The position numbers were made by a program, and so were the translations under genes. Of a DNA stretch of 64,000 nt, positions 63,870 to 64,000 are shown piece by piece. Numbering within the stretch: the stretch's first letter is position 1; the number at the start of each line of letters is the position of its first letter. The notes below the pieces were generated by a model. It saw only the letters and a program-made list of their open reading frames with translations. It was not told the DNA's origin and did no database searches. Source of the DNA: an uncultured Lachnospiraceae bacterium (GTDB lineage: Bacteria; Bacillota; Clostridia; Lachnospirales; Lachnospiraceae); the NCBI GenBank assembly GCA_949481375.1, contig CASYCI010000001.1:64001-128000 (forward strand), in the 5' to 3' direction.

Positions 63870-64000
63870 CTAAAACCTATGCAAAAACGCCAAACATTCC
63901 TTACACACCCGAACCGCCCTGTCAATCTCATCTTCATTTATCACAAGCGGCGGATTAAAATAAATCACATTCCCAAGCGGCCTTAAAATCAGCCCCTTTT
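63870..64000 (-). CDS. class-III (PLP-dependent) aminotransferase, C-terminal fragment (5' part outside window)
   Basis: Translation of the minus strand gives ...KGLILRPLGNVIYFNPPLVINEDEIDRAVRVCKECLAFLHRF*, the typical C-terminus of BioA/ArgD-type aminotransferases. Confidence 0.55.
   Translation of the reverse strand, partial: KGLILRPLGNVIYFNPPLVINEDEIDRAVRVCKECLAFLHRF

Overview
This 64 kb window is low-GC Firmicutes (Clostridia) chromosome, probably from a spore-forming gut anaerobe. It is mostly core and accessory metabolism. Genes supported by sequence, in window order:
- two methyl-accepting chemotaxis proteins;
- a butyryl-CoA:acetate-type CoA-transferase;
- a sigV/rsiV-like ECF sigma / anti-sigma pair;
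- a 1336-aa RND exporter;
- a HEAT-THUMP methyltransferase and a membrane-anchored amidase;
- a 2331-aa secreted multidomain glycoside hydrolase (GH101-like endo-alpha-GalNAc-ase architecture);
- a CotJC-like protein, hemB, a CgeB-family glycosyltransferase, uxaC;
- an XRE/DUF2975 pair, a PdaA-like deacetylase, a PurF-like paralog;
- a ferredoxin/ABC-2/CPBP operon;
- a complete type II fatty-acid synthesis cluster (MarR regulator, fabH, fused accDA, fabZ, fabF, fabG, fabD, fabK, acpP);
- a two-component system next to a Bce-like ABC/FtsX transporter;
- a two-domain PPK2;
- a His/Cys/Lys-rich secreted mini-protein with an ECF sigma / anti-sigma pair;
- ktrB/ktrA, a DUF4317 protein, ROK glucokinase, PBP1A, spoVT;
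- nahK plus a sugar-1-P nucleotidyltransferase.

No transposase, integrase, CRISPR, rRNA or tRNA was seen. The most unusual signal is non-coding. There are three copies (about 39.2-39.5 kb, 56.7-56.9 kb and 57.6-57.8 kb) of a roughly 210-225 bp structured intergenic element. Each has a copy-specific perfect 20-25 bp terminal stem, conserved 26-bp inverted arms, and internal hairpins whose stems differ by compensatory changes around invariant loops, with pseudoknot potential. One copy is preceded by a roughly 117-bp x5 tandem array built from the element's end plus flanking sequence. A solo arm-like motif sits at the promoter of the CPBP/ABC operon. I regard this as a candidate undescribed structured-RNA or hairpin-targeting miniature-element family. 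A separate 36-37 bp x5 tandem repeat array lies at about 5.9-6.2 kb.
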